Assembly (NCBI GenBank): GCA_000466585.1
Contig: KE993461.1
Span: forward strand, 1-46,851
From: Clostridiales bacterium oral taxon 876 str. F0540
Lineage (GTDB): Bacteria > Bacillota > Clostridia > Clostridiales > Clostridiaceae
Length of the DNA stretch: 46,851 bases
Reading direction: 5' to 3'
The notes under the pieces were generated by a model that ran no database searches, was not told the origin of the DNA, and worked only from the letters and a program-made list of their open reading frames with translations. Positions 39,326 to 46,851 of this stretch are shown in pieces; within the stretch, counting starts at the first letter, position 1; each line of letters starts with the position of its first letter. A program made the translations under genes and the position numbers.

Positions 39326-39971
39326 CTTCATTATCTTCTTTATCCCTTAGTAATCTTCCTATTGGTCCCTTGCTGTTAATTATATCCTCAATATCTGAAA
39401 ATGATATTTCAAACTCTAAAAAGCCATATTCATCGGGCGTGAACAAGCCAGGCTCATAGTATATTACTAAAGAATTTTCTGTAAGATAATAAGCTTGCTC
39501 TAAAGTAATAGTGTCAAATTCCTTATTTTCCTTTATTCCTTTAAATCCAATTTGAGTTCTAATTAAATCATTAAGTCTTGCAATAAATTTAATTTTTTTA
39601 ATCTTTCTGCTGAATAAATCATCTATATAGTATACTCTTGCATCCTTAAGACTTACATTAACTGCTTTTCTAATTGTGCTTCCTCTCTCCTCGCCTTTAG
39701 TAAAAGAATAAAGTTCAATAATTATACTCAGAGTGCCTCTTTTGTTTAATTTTACGGTATAGCCACCAGTAAATTTTTTATTTTCATTCTTTCCATATCC
39801 CTCTTCCTTAAGCATCTGATGTACTTCTTTCTTAATATATCTATTAATTCCAGACTCAGCACTCTTATGCTTAAGTCCACTAACCTTGGGATAGGTAAGA
39901 TTTAGTCCTGGGCTCTCAACTTTAACATCACTTACTAACGCCGGCTTTCTTTTATGTCCCACTGCATCCAA
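39303..39971 (-). CDS. DUF3298/DUF4163-domain protein (RsiV/PdaC C-terminal-like fold), cytoplasmic form with no signal peptide.
   Basis: The layout resembles the RsiV-like tandem domains. The call is moderate. An AAAGGAG RBS lies upstream. Confidence 0.45.
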   Translation of the reverse strand: MDAVGHKRKPALVSDVKVESPGLNLTYPKVSGLKHKSAESGINRYIKKEVHQMLKEEGYGKNENKKFTGGYTVKLNKRGTLSIIIELYSFTKGEERGSTIRKAVNVSLKDARVYYIDDLFSRKIKKIKFIARLNDLIRTQIGFKGIKENKEFDTITLEQAYYLTENSLVIYYEPGLFTPDEYGFLEFEISFSDIEDIINSKGPIGRLLRDKEDNEVNETADE

Positions 39972-40163
39972 CTCCTTTTATTATAATAAACAAAAATACT
40001 ACTTCCCTTATTATTTATATTATTCAAAGGTGGAATAAGATGTAACTTTTTATACTATAATTTTCCTGTAGAAAAAAATTATAAACAATACTAAACTTTT
40101 ATAGTAAGCAAATACAGGATTTTATATTTTTTTCTACAAAATCCTTAGCTTGAGGTGAATTGC

Positions 40164-41708
40164 ATGTTAAATATAGGACACATACTTGATAATAAATATG
40201 AGGTGCTTAAAGTTCTGGGGCAAGGTGGAATGGGAACGGTATATCTCTGTAAAAATAATCGTCTAGGAAACCTATGGGCAGTTAAAGAAACCAAAATAAA
40301 TGAAGCTGAAAAAATAAATTTCTTAGCTGAATCAGATATACTAAAAAACTTAGTGCATGATGGAATACCAAGAATAGTTGATATTTTTTATGAGCAGGAC
40401 TATCTTTACATGGTTGAAGACTACATAGAAGGGGAAACCTTAAAAGAATATATAAATAAATCCGGAAGCCTTGATAGTCAAAAATTAACGGATATATCAG
40501 TGCAGCTTTGCAGCATACTTAACTACCTTCACAGTTTTAATCCTCCTATAATATACAGAGATTTGAAACCTTCTAACATAATGCTTCAAAGTAATGGTAA
40601 AGTGATATTAATAGATTTTGGAATATCAAGAACGTACAAGGAGGCCCAGGACAGTGATACTGTAGTTTTAGGCTCAAAAGGCTATATTGCACCTGAGCAG
40701 TTAATGAATATTCAGTCCAATACCCAAACTGATATATATTCTCTTGGCGCTACAATGTACTTCATGGCAACCGGTAAAATGCCTTCTTATCCAACAGAAA
40801 TTATTAATAAAGACAATTACCCTTCTAATTTGAATCCAGTTATTGTAGATGCTATATTAAAAGCTTCTGCTATTGAGCCCGAAAATCGCTATAAAGATAT
40901 ACTTGAACTTAAAAATACTCTGCTAAACCATAAAAATGGTTTAGATGATTTTAAGACTAAAGCAGTTAATGAATATGATAAAACTATTTTAGCTCCTAAA
41001 TATACAGCTTTAGATAAAAAAGTTAATAAAAAGAAGCCTGTATTCAAAATAATAACAGCTCTAATATTGATGATAGCTTTAATATTCATATTATCAGTAG
41101 CATTAATGAATAGTAATAAAAGCAAAATATCAAGCAATAATACCTCAAATGATGCAGCTTCTAAAAATAACAGAACTAATGGTAAGGAAGATAAAAATAT
41201 AAATACTCCTGCTCCTATGCAGCAAGAAGACAAGGATATAACTATAAGAGGAATATTAAGCAAGGATAATGCTACTGTCTTAAACAGCGGCAACAATAAT
41301 GTTAAAGGTAAGGCTAAAGGCAAAGAGAAAAATGAAAATAAAAACCTGCAGCTTCTATTTAACTTAACCCCTGCTGCCTCTATCAACAATTCCAAGTTTT
41401 ATATTGCGATTGATAACATTGAATTGATTGAAAATACTCTGATTGCTAGTCTAAATATACAAAATAAAACAAATGATTTAATCAATATAGATTTAGAAAA
41501 GACTTATTTTCTTGATAGCAGCAACGAAAGCGTAAAGTGCTATAATCCAAGTTCAATAACAAAGCTTCCTATTCCTCCAAACAGCACTAAACAAGGAATA
41601 AAAATATACTTTAAAAACTTTAGTTTTAAAGGGACTTCCTATTCATTAAGTTCAACATTGGTAGGAAGTGTAAACAGAAACCTAAATTTATTTATTGATA
41701 TTAAGTAA
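40164..41708 (+). CDS. Hanks-type Ser/Thr protein kinase with a single TM segment and a non-PASTA extracellular domain.
   Basis: The Gly loop (LGQGGMGTVY), VAIK-like lysine (WAVKE), catalytic loop (YRDLKPSNIML), DFG motif and APE motif are all present. A TM segment (IITALILMIALIFILSVAL) follows. Confidence 0.85.
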   Translation: MLNIGHILDNKYEVLKVLGQGGMGTVYLCKNNRLGNLWAVKETKINEAEKINFLAESDILKNLVHDGIPRIVDIFYEQDYLYMVEDYIEGETLKEYINKSGSLDSQKLTDISVQLCSILNYLHSFNPPIIYRDLKPSNIMLQSNGKVILIDFGISRTYKEAQDSDTVVLGSKGYIAPEQLMNIQSNTQTDIYSLGATMYFMATGKMPSYPTEIINKDNYPSNLNPVIVDAILKASAIEPENRYKDILELKNTLLNHKNGLDDFKTKAVNEYDKTILAPKYTALDKKVNKKKPVFKIITALILMIALIFILSVALMNSNKSKISSNNTSNDAASKNNRTNGKEDKNINTPAPMQQEDKDITIRGILSKDNATVLNSGNNNVKGKAKGKEKNENKNLQLLFNLTPAASINNSKFYIAIDNIELIENTLIASLNIQNKTNDLINIDLEKTYFLDSSNESVKCYNPSSITKLPIPPNSTKQGIKIYFKNFSFKGTSYSLSSTLVGSVNRNLNLFIDIK

Positions 41709-41720
41709 GCTCAGTAAATG

Positions 41721-41753
41721 AAAAAAGCTGATTTTTTAACCAGCTTTTTTCTT
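41721..41753. terminator. Bidirectional terminator (AAAAAGCTG/CAGCTTTTT).
   Basis: The inverted repeat is seen directly. Confidence 0.6.
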
Positions 41754-41790
41754 TACAAGTATAAAAATTTCTATGTACCCTAAAAGCTAT

Positions 41791-42531
41791 TTACAGCATT
41801 CCTCCATCTACCGTAATAATTTGCCCAGTTATATAACTTGCTTCATCGCTTGCCAAAAATGCAGTTAACTTTCCAATATCCTCTCCCGTACCAAACCTCA
41901 TCATAGGAATTTCCTGAAGAAGTTCTTCTCTATCCTCCGTAGTAAGCCAGCTGTTCATTTCAGTATCTATTACACCTGGAGCTATTGCGTTTACTCTTAT
42001 ATTGCTGAGGGCCATCTCCTTTGCCAGAGCTTTTGTAAAACTATTTACCCCTCCTTTAGCTGCTGAATATATAGCTTCACAGGAAGCTCCCGCATTCCCC
42101 CATATGGAAGATATATTTATTATACATCCGCTCTTTCGGTATGACATATGTTTAAGAGAATAATAACAGCAATTTATTACTCCATTTAAATCTGTATTCA
42201 AAAGGCTGGACCATTCCTCTTCTTTCATGTCCATAAATAATCCTACCTTTGATATCCCAGCATTATTTACTAAAATATCTATCTTTCCGATCTTATAAAT
42301 GATTGTCTCTATCATATTTTTAACTTCATTATAGGAGCTTACATCACCCTTAACAATAATTCCAAAACCACCATTATCTTTTATTATTTTTAATGTCTCA
42401 ATAGCCCCTTCTTCGTTATTATTGTAGTTTACAGCTACTACAGCACCTGCTTTGGAGAGCTCTACCGCTATACTTCTGCCAATACCTCTTGAAGCACCTG
42501 TAACTAGAGCTGTTTTGCCTGCTAATTTCAT
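41791..42531 (-). CDS. SDR-family oxidoreductase, FabG-like 3-oxoacyl-ACP reductase.
   Basis: The motifs TALVTGASRGIGRSIA, NNAGI and the S-Y-K triad are present, and the length (246 aa) fits. Confidence 0.8.
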   Translation of the reverse strand: MKLAGKTALVTGASRGIGRSIAVELSKAGAVVAVNYNNNEEGAIETLKIIKDNGGFGIIVKGDVSSYNEVKNMIETIIYKIGKIDILVNNAGISKVGLFMDMKEEEWSSLLNTDLNGVINCCYYSLKHMSYRKSGCIINISSIWGNAGASCEAIYSAAKGGVNSFTKALAKEMALSNIRVNAIAPGVIDTEMNSWLTTEDREELLQEIPMMRFGTGEDIGKLTAFLASDEASYITGQIITVDGGML

Positions 42532-42535
42532 AACT

Positions 42536-42617
42536 TTCTCCTTTCAGTCGAGACACTGGAAGTCTTATAATGCTCCGTTCCCATGACTCCCGTTAATGCC
42601 CAGTTTAGGCTTCAACC
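42536..42617 (-). repeat. Single unit of the dispersed 5'-leader repeat. It ends CAGTGTCTCGACTGAAAGGAG, 7 nt before the FabG-like start codon.
   Basis: The minus strand reads GAAGCCTAAACTGGGCATTAACGGG...CCAGTGTCTCGACTGAAAGGAG. This aligns with unit C of 20137-20340 (GTCCTAAATGGGCTTCGACGGG...CCAGTGTTTCGAGTTAAAGGAGG). Confidence 0.5.
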
Positions 42618-42739
42618 TCTTTTCTGTACAAATATAATTCTAATTAGAATTTTAGCATAAATAAAAAACTAATTAAATTAAAATATCCTACAGAAATGAT
42701 TTTATTAACATTCTATAGGATATTTTTTAAATTATTTTA

Positions 42740-43537
42740 TTATCTAGCTTTCTCTAATGCCCTTCTAATAGCTAGCTTCCAGTTTTGGCCTATATCAGTA
42801 TTGTTTCTTCCTAAATTTACATCATAGGTCTGATTAGTAATAACTGCCGATGCAATCTCTCTTCTCATCTGGTCATAGCTTCCAAAGTTTGTAGTTGTTC
42901 CTCCAGTTGAACCATTCATAGTACCGCTATTTCCGCTTCCGGTCATTCCTGTTGCAGTACCTGTATTTGTTGTTCCTGTTACACCATTAGGCATACTTCC
43001 CGGCATAGGTCCGGTATTTCCTCCGTATCCCTGAAAGCTATAATCTCCAGAAGCAAAATTCGTATTTCCTCTAGGAGTTCCTGTAATATCCCCGGCCATT
43101 CCTCCAGCCATTCCTCCTGTTGTTGCTCCCGGGGTTCCTGCATTTCTTGTCCCTGGAGTATCTGCTGTTGTAGTTCCTGTATTACCGGTTATTCTTCCTA
43201 TTGTTGTCCCAGGTGTAGCTACATTTGTTCCAAATTCCTTACCTTGAGCGTCTACACTTCTAAGGCTTACATCAGTTATTCTGCCGCCGTATATTGTAAC
43301 AGTTGCTATCTGATTTCCATTTGGACCCTTGTCTCCTGTAGCGGAATACACACCGTCCCTATAGGTTCCTTGAGTCCTTCCCGGGTTAGTTGTCTCATAG
43401 CCTGTTCTTGTTCCTTGTGTTGTTCCGGGATGTGTAACCCTATTATAATCGTTTCTCATAGCAGTATTTCTATTTGTACATGCAGATAGAGTGCTAATTA
43501 ATAAAGCCGTCATAACTAAGCTAGTGACCTTCTTCAT
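42740..43537 (-). CDS. Thr/Gly-rich lipoprotein with an FMN-binding-like domain.
   Basis: A lipobox (LLISTLSAC) is present, and YRDGVYSATGDKGPNGNQIATVTIYGGRITDVSLRS resembles the FMN_bind domain. Long G/T/N-rich low-complexity tracts follow. The start is placed after a GGAGGG RBS. Confidence 0.5.
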   Translation of the reverse strand: MKKVTSLVMTALLISTLSACTNRNTAMRNDYNRVTHPGTTQGTRTGYETTNPGRTQGTYRDGVYSATGDKGPNGNQIATVTIYGGRITDVSLRSVDAQGKEFGTNVATPGTTIGRITGNTGTTTADTPGTRNAGTPGATTGGMAGGMAGDITGTPRGNTNFASGDYSFQGYGGNTGPMPGSMPNGVTGTTNTGTATGMTGSGNSGTMNGSTGGTTTNFGSYDQMRREIASAVITNQTYDVNLGRNNTDIGQNWKLAIRRALEKAR

Positions 43538-43847
43538 ATTAGTTCCCTCCATTGATTGCAGTTTATAAGTTCAAAAATAAATTTAGAATTAAATTTACTT
43601 TCATATTTAAATTAACCAATCATATAGTAATTATACTCTGATAATTTAGTAAACCAGCCATATAACTTCCATGCTTTTAGCTAATACTATATTTGATATA
43701 GTTTGTATTTTATTTGTTAAAATGCTAGACTAACTTTAATAAATAGACTACGGTGTGGAATCTGTATATTTTATGCTGATCTTTTAGTAAATCTAACACT
43801 TTAAACCTGCTTTACAATGAATAGAAATAGTGGAAGGAGAAAATAAT

Positions 43848-44732
43848 ATGCTCGAATTTAAACCTCTTACTCTTGATGCCAAAAGTGTATTTAATAAGTA
43901 TTTAAAGCCATATAATTTCAGAACCTGCGAATATTCTTTTACCAACCTGTTTATCTGGCGAAAGGCTTTAGATATACAATATACAATTATTAATGATACA
44001 TTGATTATTAAGAAGAAAGGTTTTAATGAAGAGTACCATTTTATGCAGCCAATTGGTTATACTGAGTCTAACTTTAAAGAAATTATAGAACTTCTAGATT
44101 GCTATAGAAAGAACAATGGAATGAAATATCTTATTAAGGATGCAGAAGTTGGTTTTGTCGAGGAAATGAGAATGTCATTTGGAAGTAAATTCAATATTGA
44201 AGAAGATAGAAATAATTTCGACTATATTTATGAAAGTTCAAAGCTCATATCCCTATCCGGCAAAAAACTTCACAGCAAGAAAAATCATTATAATAATTTT
44301 ATAAAAAGTAATAGCTATGAAACTGTTGATATCAGCAATGAGACTATAGATGACTGTATTAAAGCAGCCTGTGAATGGTGTAAAATTAATGAATGTAAAG
44401 GATATTTAAAGTATGAGCTTAAAGCAATTCATGATTTGCTCCACCATACAGATAAGCTTGATTTTGTTGGTATGGCAGTTTATGTAGATAAAAAAATTTC
44501 TGCTTTTACAATAGGCGAAAGAATGAATGAAAATATGGCAATAATACATATTGAAAAGGCCTCCACAGAAATAAATGGATTATATGCCTTTATAAATAAG
44601 ACTTTTGTTGAAAAATATTTTAGCGATATACCTTATATAAATAGAGAACAAGATTTAGGTAAGGAAGGTTTAAGAAAAGCCAAGCTATCTTATCAGCCTT
44701 TTAAACTTGAGCCAAAGTTTATAATAATATAA
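43848..44732 (+). CDS. DUF2156-domain protein (C-terminal domain of lysyl-phosphatidylglycerol synthase-like, aminoacyl-transferase fold).
   Basis: The ...SKKNHYNNF... and C-terminal REQDLGKEGLRKAKLSYQP motifs are typical of DUF2156. A GGAAGGAG RBS lies upstream. Confidence 0.5.
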   Translation: MLEFKPLTLDAKSVFNKYLKPYNFRTCEYSFTNLFIWRKALDIQYTIINDTLIIKKKGFNEEYHFMQPIGYTESNFKEIIELLDCYRKNNGMKYLIKDAEVGFVEEMRMSFGSKFNIEEDRNNFDYIYESSKLISLSGKKLHSKKNHYNNFIKSNSYETVDISNETIDDCIKAACEWCKINECKGYLKYELKAIHDLLHHTDKLDFVGMAVYVDKKISAFTIGERMNENMAIIHIEKASTEINGLYAFINKTFVEKYFSDIPYINREQDLGKEGLRKAKLSYQPFKLEPKFIII

Positions 44733-44764
44733 AATCCTGAGAATATTGTTCTCAGGATTTTATA
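44731..44764. terminator. Bidirectional terminator (AATCCTGAGAA/TTCTCAGGATT).
   Basis: The inverted repeat is seen directly. Confidence 0.7.
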
Positions 44765-45604
44765 TTACGCAATTGTATTTACTTTATCAATAATATTCTG
44801 ACTTAAGCTAAGATGAATATCTCCTGCTTTTTTAATTTCATATATTTTACCGGTAATCTCTTCTATTCTTTGAGTTACTTCATTAAATCCCTGTTTTGCT
44901 TCCTTAACTACTGATACTGTTTCAGATTTACCTTGATTTAGCTCAACAGCTTGTTCCTTGGCCTTAACTGCAATATCGTAGGTTTCTTTAACAGTATTTT
45001 GAATATCCTTTAAAAGTCTTGAAGTATTTTCAGAAAGCTTTTTTATTTCCTCAGCAACTACAGTAAAGCCTCTTCCTGCTTCTCCTGCCCTAGCGGACTC
45101 TATGGAGGCGTTTAATGATAAAAGCTGAGTTTGGGAAGCTATTCCGCTTATTTGAGAAGATATGTTTTCAATAGATTTAACTCTGTTTAAAAGTTCTTCA
45201 AAGGATGTTGTAAAATCATTAATAACGCTTCCAGTATCCTTCGTGGTTTGAGTCATATTTTTTAAAGTGTCTCCTGCATTTCTAGCTATCTCTTTTACGT
45301 TTAGGCCGATATTATTTATTTCATTTATACTAGCAATAACATTTTCATCCTGTCCCACAAGCTTCTTTAAAAGACTATTTAAATCAAATATAACACTGCT
45401 GTAATCTGCAGCCGCAGCTTCACTAAGACTTTCTTTCTTTTCATATAATACTCTTTCTAAAGAAGTTTTCTCATCTTCTAAAGAATTAATCTTTTTTTCA
45501 AGCTTACTGTTTTTCTCCATTAAAAGTTCTTTTTCAGATTTTTCTATATCAAGCTGTTTTCTTAGTGCTTCAATCTCCTCAACATATTTTTTACCAAAAA
45601 TCAT
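44765..45604 (-). CDS. Soluble (cytoplasmic) methyl-accepting chemotaxis protein with a coiled-coil N-terminus and an MA domain.
   Basis: The MCP signalling motif ([31 protein letters not shown]) is present and there is no TM segment. Confidence 0.75.
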   Translation of the reverse strand: MIFGKKYVEEIEALRKQLDIEKSEKELLMEKNSKLEKKINSLEDEKTSLERVLYEKKESLSEAAAADYSSVIFDLNSLLKKLVGQDENVIASINEINNIGLNVKEIARNAGDTLKNMTQTTKDTGSVINDFTTSFEELLNRVKSIENISSQISGIASQTQLLSLNASIESARAGEAGRGFTVVAEEIKKLSENTSRLLKDIQNTVKETYDIAVKAKEQAVELNQGKSETVSVVKEAKQGFNEVTQRIEEITGKIYEIKKAGDIHLSLSQNIIDKVNTIA

Positions 45605-45786
45605 GATTTACCCCCTATTTTTATAAAATAAAAAAACTTTTGTAGAATTCTCTCTACATAAGTCTAATTATACATAATTTTATAAACATTATCTACTATT
45701 TTAAAAAGCTCTATAAAGATAAAATTCAACATTAGCAAAGGTCATGTTGATTTATAAATATAATACATGTATTTTATATTTTTAAG

Positions 45787-46851
45787 CTATTTAAAGAAAA
45801 GCTCCAGTTTACTCAAATCAATTTCAGTTTCAAAACCATCTTTCATATTTTTAATTCTAACTTTACCTCTTTTAACTTCATCCTCACCTACAATTATTAC
45901 AAATGGTATTCCTTGTTTTCCCGCATATTCAAGACTTTTTCTAAGCTTTCTCTTATTCATCTCAATATCAGTTGGTATGCCCTGCCTTCTTAATCTTGTA
46001 GCTAAATTTAGTGATAGTGAATCAGTATCTAATGGAATAATATACACTTGTGCCGCAGGCATATTTCTCTCAATATTTTTGTGTTCTAATGCTAAATGAA
46101 TTACATCTAATCCAAAGGTTATTCCTACTGCCGGATATTCGCCTCCGTTATTTAAGAAAGCTCCTATTATCTTGTCATATCTTCCACCTCCGCTTAAACT
46201 TGAACTTATACTTCCATCAGCTAAAAATATTTCAAAGACTGTGCCAGTGTATATTTCAAGACCTCTTGCAAGACAAGGTGAAAACCTGCAAATATCTTTT
46301 ATATTTGATGCCTCCACGTAATAAATCAGCTCATCAAGCTCTTTCAACCCTTGTCTTATTAATTCATTAGGTGGATTATTTCGAAGTCTTTCAAGCAGTT
46401 TTTCTTCTTTCATCATTATAATTGAAAATAGCTTTGATATATTTTCATTTGTTAATCCTTTACTTTCAAGTTCGCTTTTAACACCTTCCTCCCCTATTTT
46501 TTCGAGTTTATCCAAACTTAATATAACTGTTCCCTCAAGCTCTTCACTAATTCCTATAGATTTGATTATTCCTGACAAAAGCTTCCTATTATTAAAAGAA
46601 ATAAAAATATCAAGCTCAAGCATTTTATATATATCCTTTGCCATAATCATTAGTTCTGCTTCCGCCATCATTGACTTTACTCCGACTATATCAACGTCAC
46701 ATTGAATAAATTCTCTGCTCCTTCCAGTTTTAACAGGACCATTGCGAAAAACTTTCCCTATTTCATATCTTTTAAAGGGCATTTTTATATTAGGATTCAT
46801 TCCTATAACTCTGGCGAATGGAACAGTTAAATCATACCGTAAACCTATTTC
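45787..46851 (-). CDS. hisS: Histidine--tRNA ligase. The 5' end lies outside the window; the visible part covers from motif 1-2 of the catalytic domain to the C-terminal anticodon-binding domain.
   Basis: Motif 2 (FKRYEIGKVFRNGPVKTGRSREFIQCDVD), motif 3 (GGRYDKI...PAVGITFGLD) and an HGTP_anticodon-like C-terminal domain (VYIIPL...IPFVIIVGEDE) are present. The reading frame continues to the window edge (…LRYDLTVPFARVIG). Confidence 0.7.
   Translation of the reverse strand, partial: EIGLRYDLTVPFARVIGMNPNIKMPFKRYEIGKVFRNGPVKTGRSREFIQCDVDIVGVKSMMAEAELMIMAKDIYKMLELDIFISFNNRKLLSGIIKSIGISEELEGTVILSLDKLEKIGEEGVKSELESKGLTNENISKLFSIIMMKEEKLLERLRNNPPNELIRQGLKELDELIYYVEASNIKDICRFSPCLARGLEIYTGTVFEIFLADGSISSSLSGGGRYDKIIGAFLNNGGEYPAVGITFGLDVIHLALEHKNIERNMPAAQVYIIPLDTDSLSLNLATRLRRQGIPTDIEMNKRKLRKSLEYAGKQGIPFVIIVGEDEVKRGKVRIKNMKDGFETEIDLSKLELFFK

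Noticed and set aside
45787-46851. The gene could be HisZ, the ATP-phosphoribosyltransferase regulatory subunit.
   Set aside because: HisRS motif 2 is intact (FKRYEIGKVFR...GRSREFIQCD) and a C-terminal anticodon-binding-like domain is present. Both favour a genuine hisS. The call should still be confirmed by the presence of a separate hisG-associated hisZ elsewhere.

Overview
This is a low-GC (about 30%) Firmicutes chromosomal segment, most consistent with a Clostridium species. One CDS closely resembles the NADP-dependent secondary alcohol dehydrogenase of solventogenic and acetogenic clostridia. The window carries about 45 genes, densely packed on both strands, and reads as ordinary chromosome. 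I see no transposase, integrase, CRISPR array, rRNA or tRNA.

Genes I can call include:
- the hybrid-cluster protein (hcp) and an aldo-keto reductase
- an amidase-domain protein and a ComFB-family protein
- two methyl-accepting chemotaxis proteins
- a NifS-like cysteine desulfurase, translationally linked to a THEP1-like NTPase that has a degenerate P-loop
- a GGDEF diguanylate cyclase and DNA topoisomerase III
- a tyrosine-rich, probable spore-coat protein
- the secondary alcohol dehydrogenase
- folT followed directly by dinB
- an RlaP-type nucleotidyltransferase and a small MazG-like pyrophosphohydrolase
- a TetM/TetO-family GTPase and a HelD-like helicase
- a SigI/RsgI sigma and anti-sigma pair
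- a flotillin, a PatB/MalY C-S lyase and a Coat-F pair
- an L-box-controlled lysine permease, TspO, an M3 oligoendopeptidase, a Hanks-type Ser/Thr kinase and two short-chain dehydrogenases
- a Thr/Gly-rich lipoprotein, a DUF2156 protein and the 3' part of hisS, which runs off the window edge

Three cis-regulatory RNAs are directly recognisable from the sequence. A THF riboswitch sits upstream of folT. A lysine riboswitch (L-box) with a terminator sits upstream of the permease. A terminator-like attenuator hairpin lies in the leader of the TetM-like gene.

The most unusual feature is a dispersed 5'-leader repeat family that I could not place in any named element. It occurs at three loci (1121-1296, 20137-20340, 42536-42617). 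Each copy lies immediately upstream of a start codon and ends in a conserved CAGUG...AAAGGAGG block that supplies the Shine-Dalgarno sequence. The copies are tandemly duplicated, and one hairpin shows compensatory base changes between copies.
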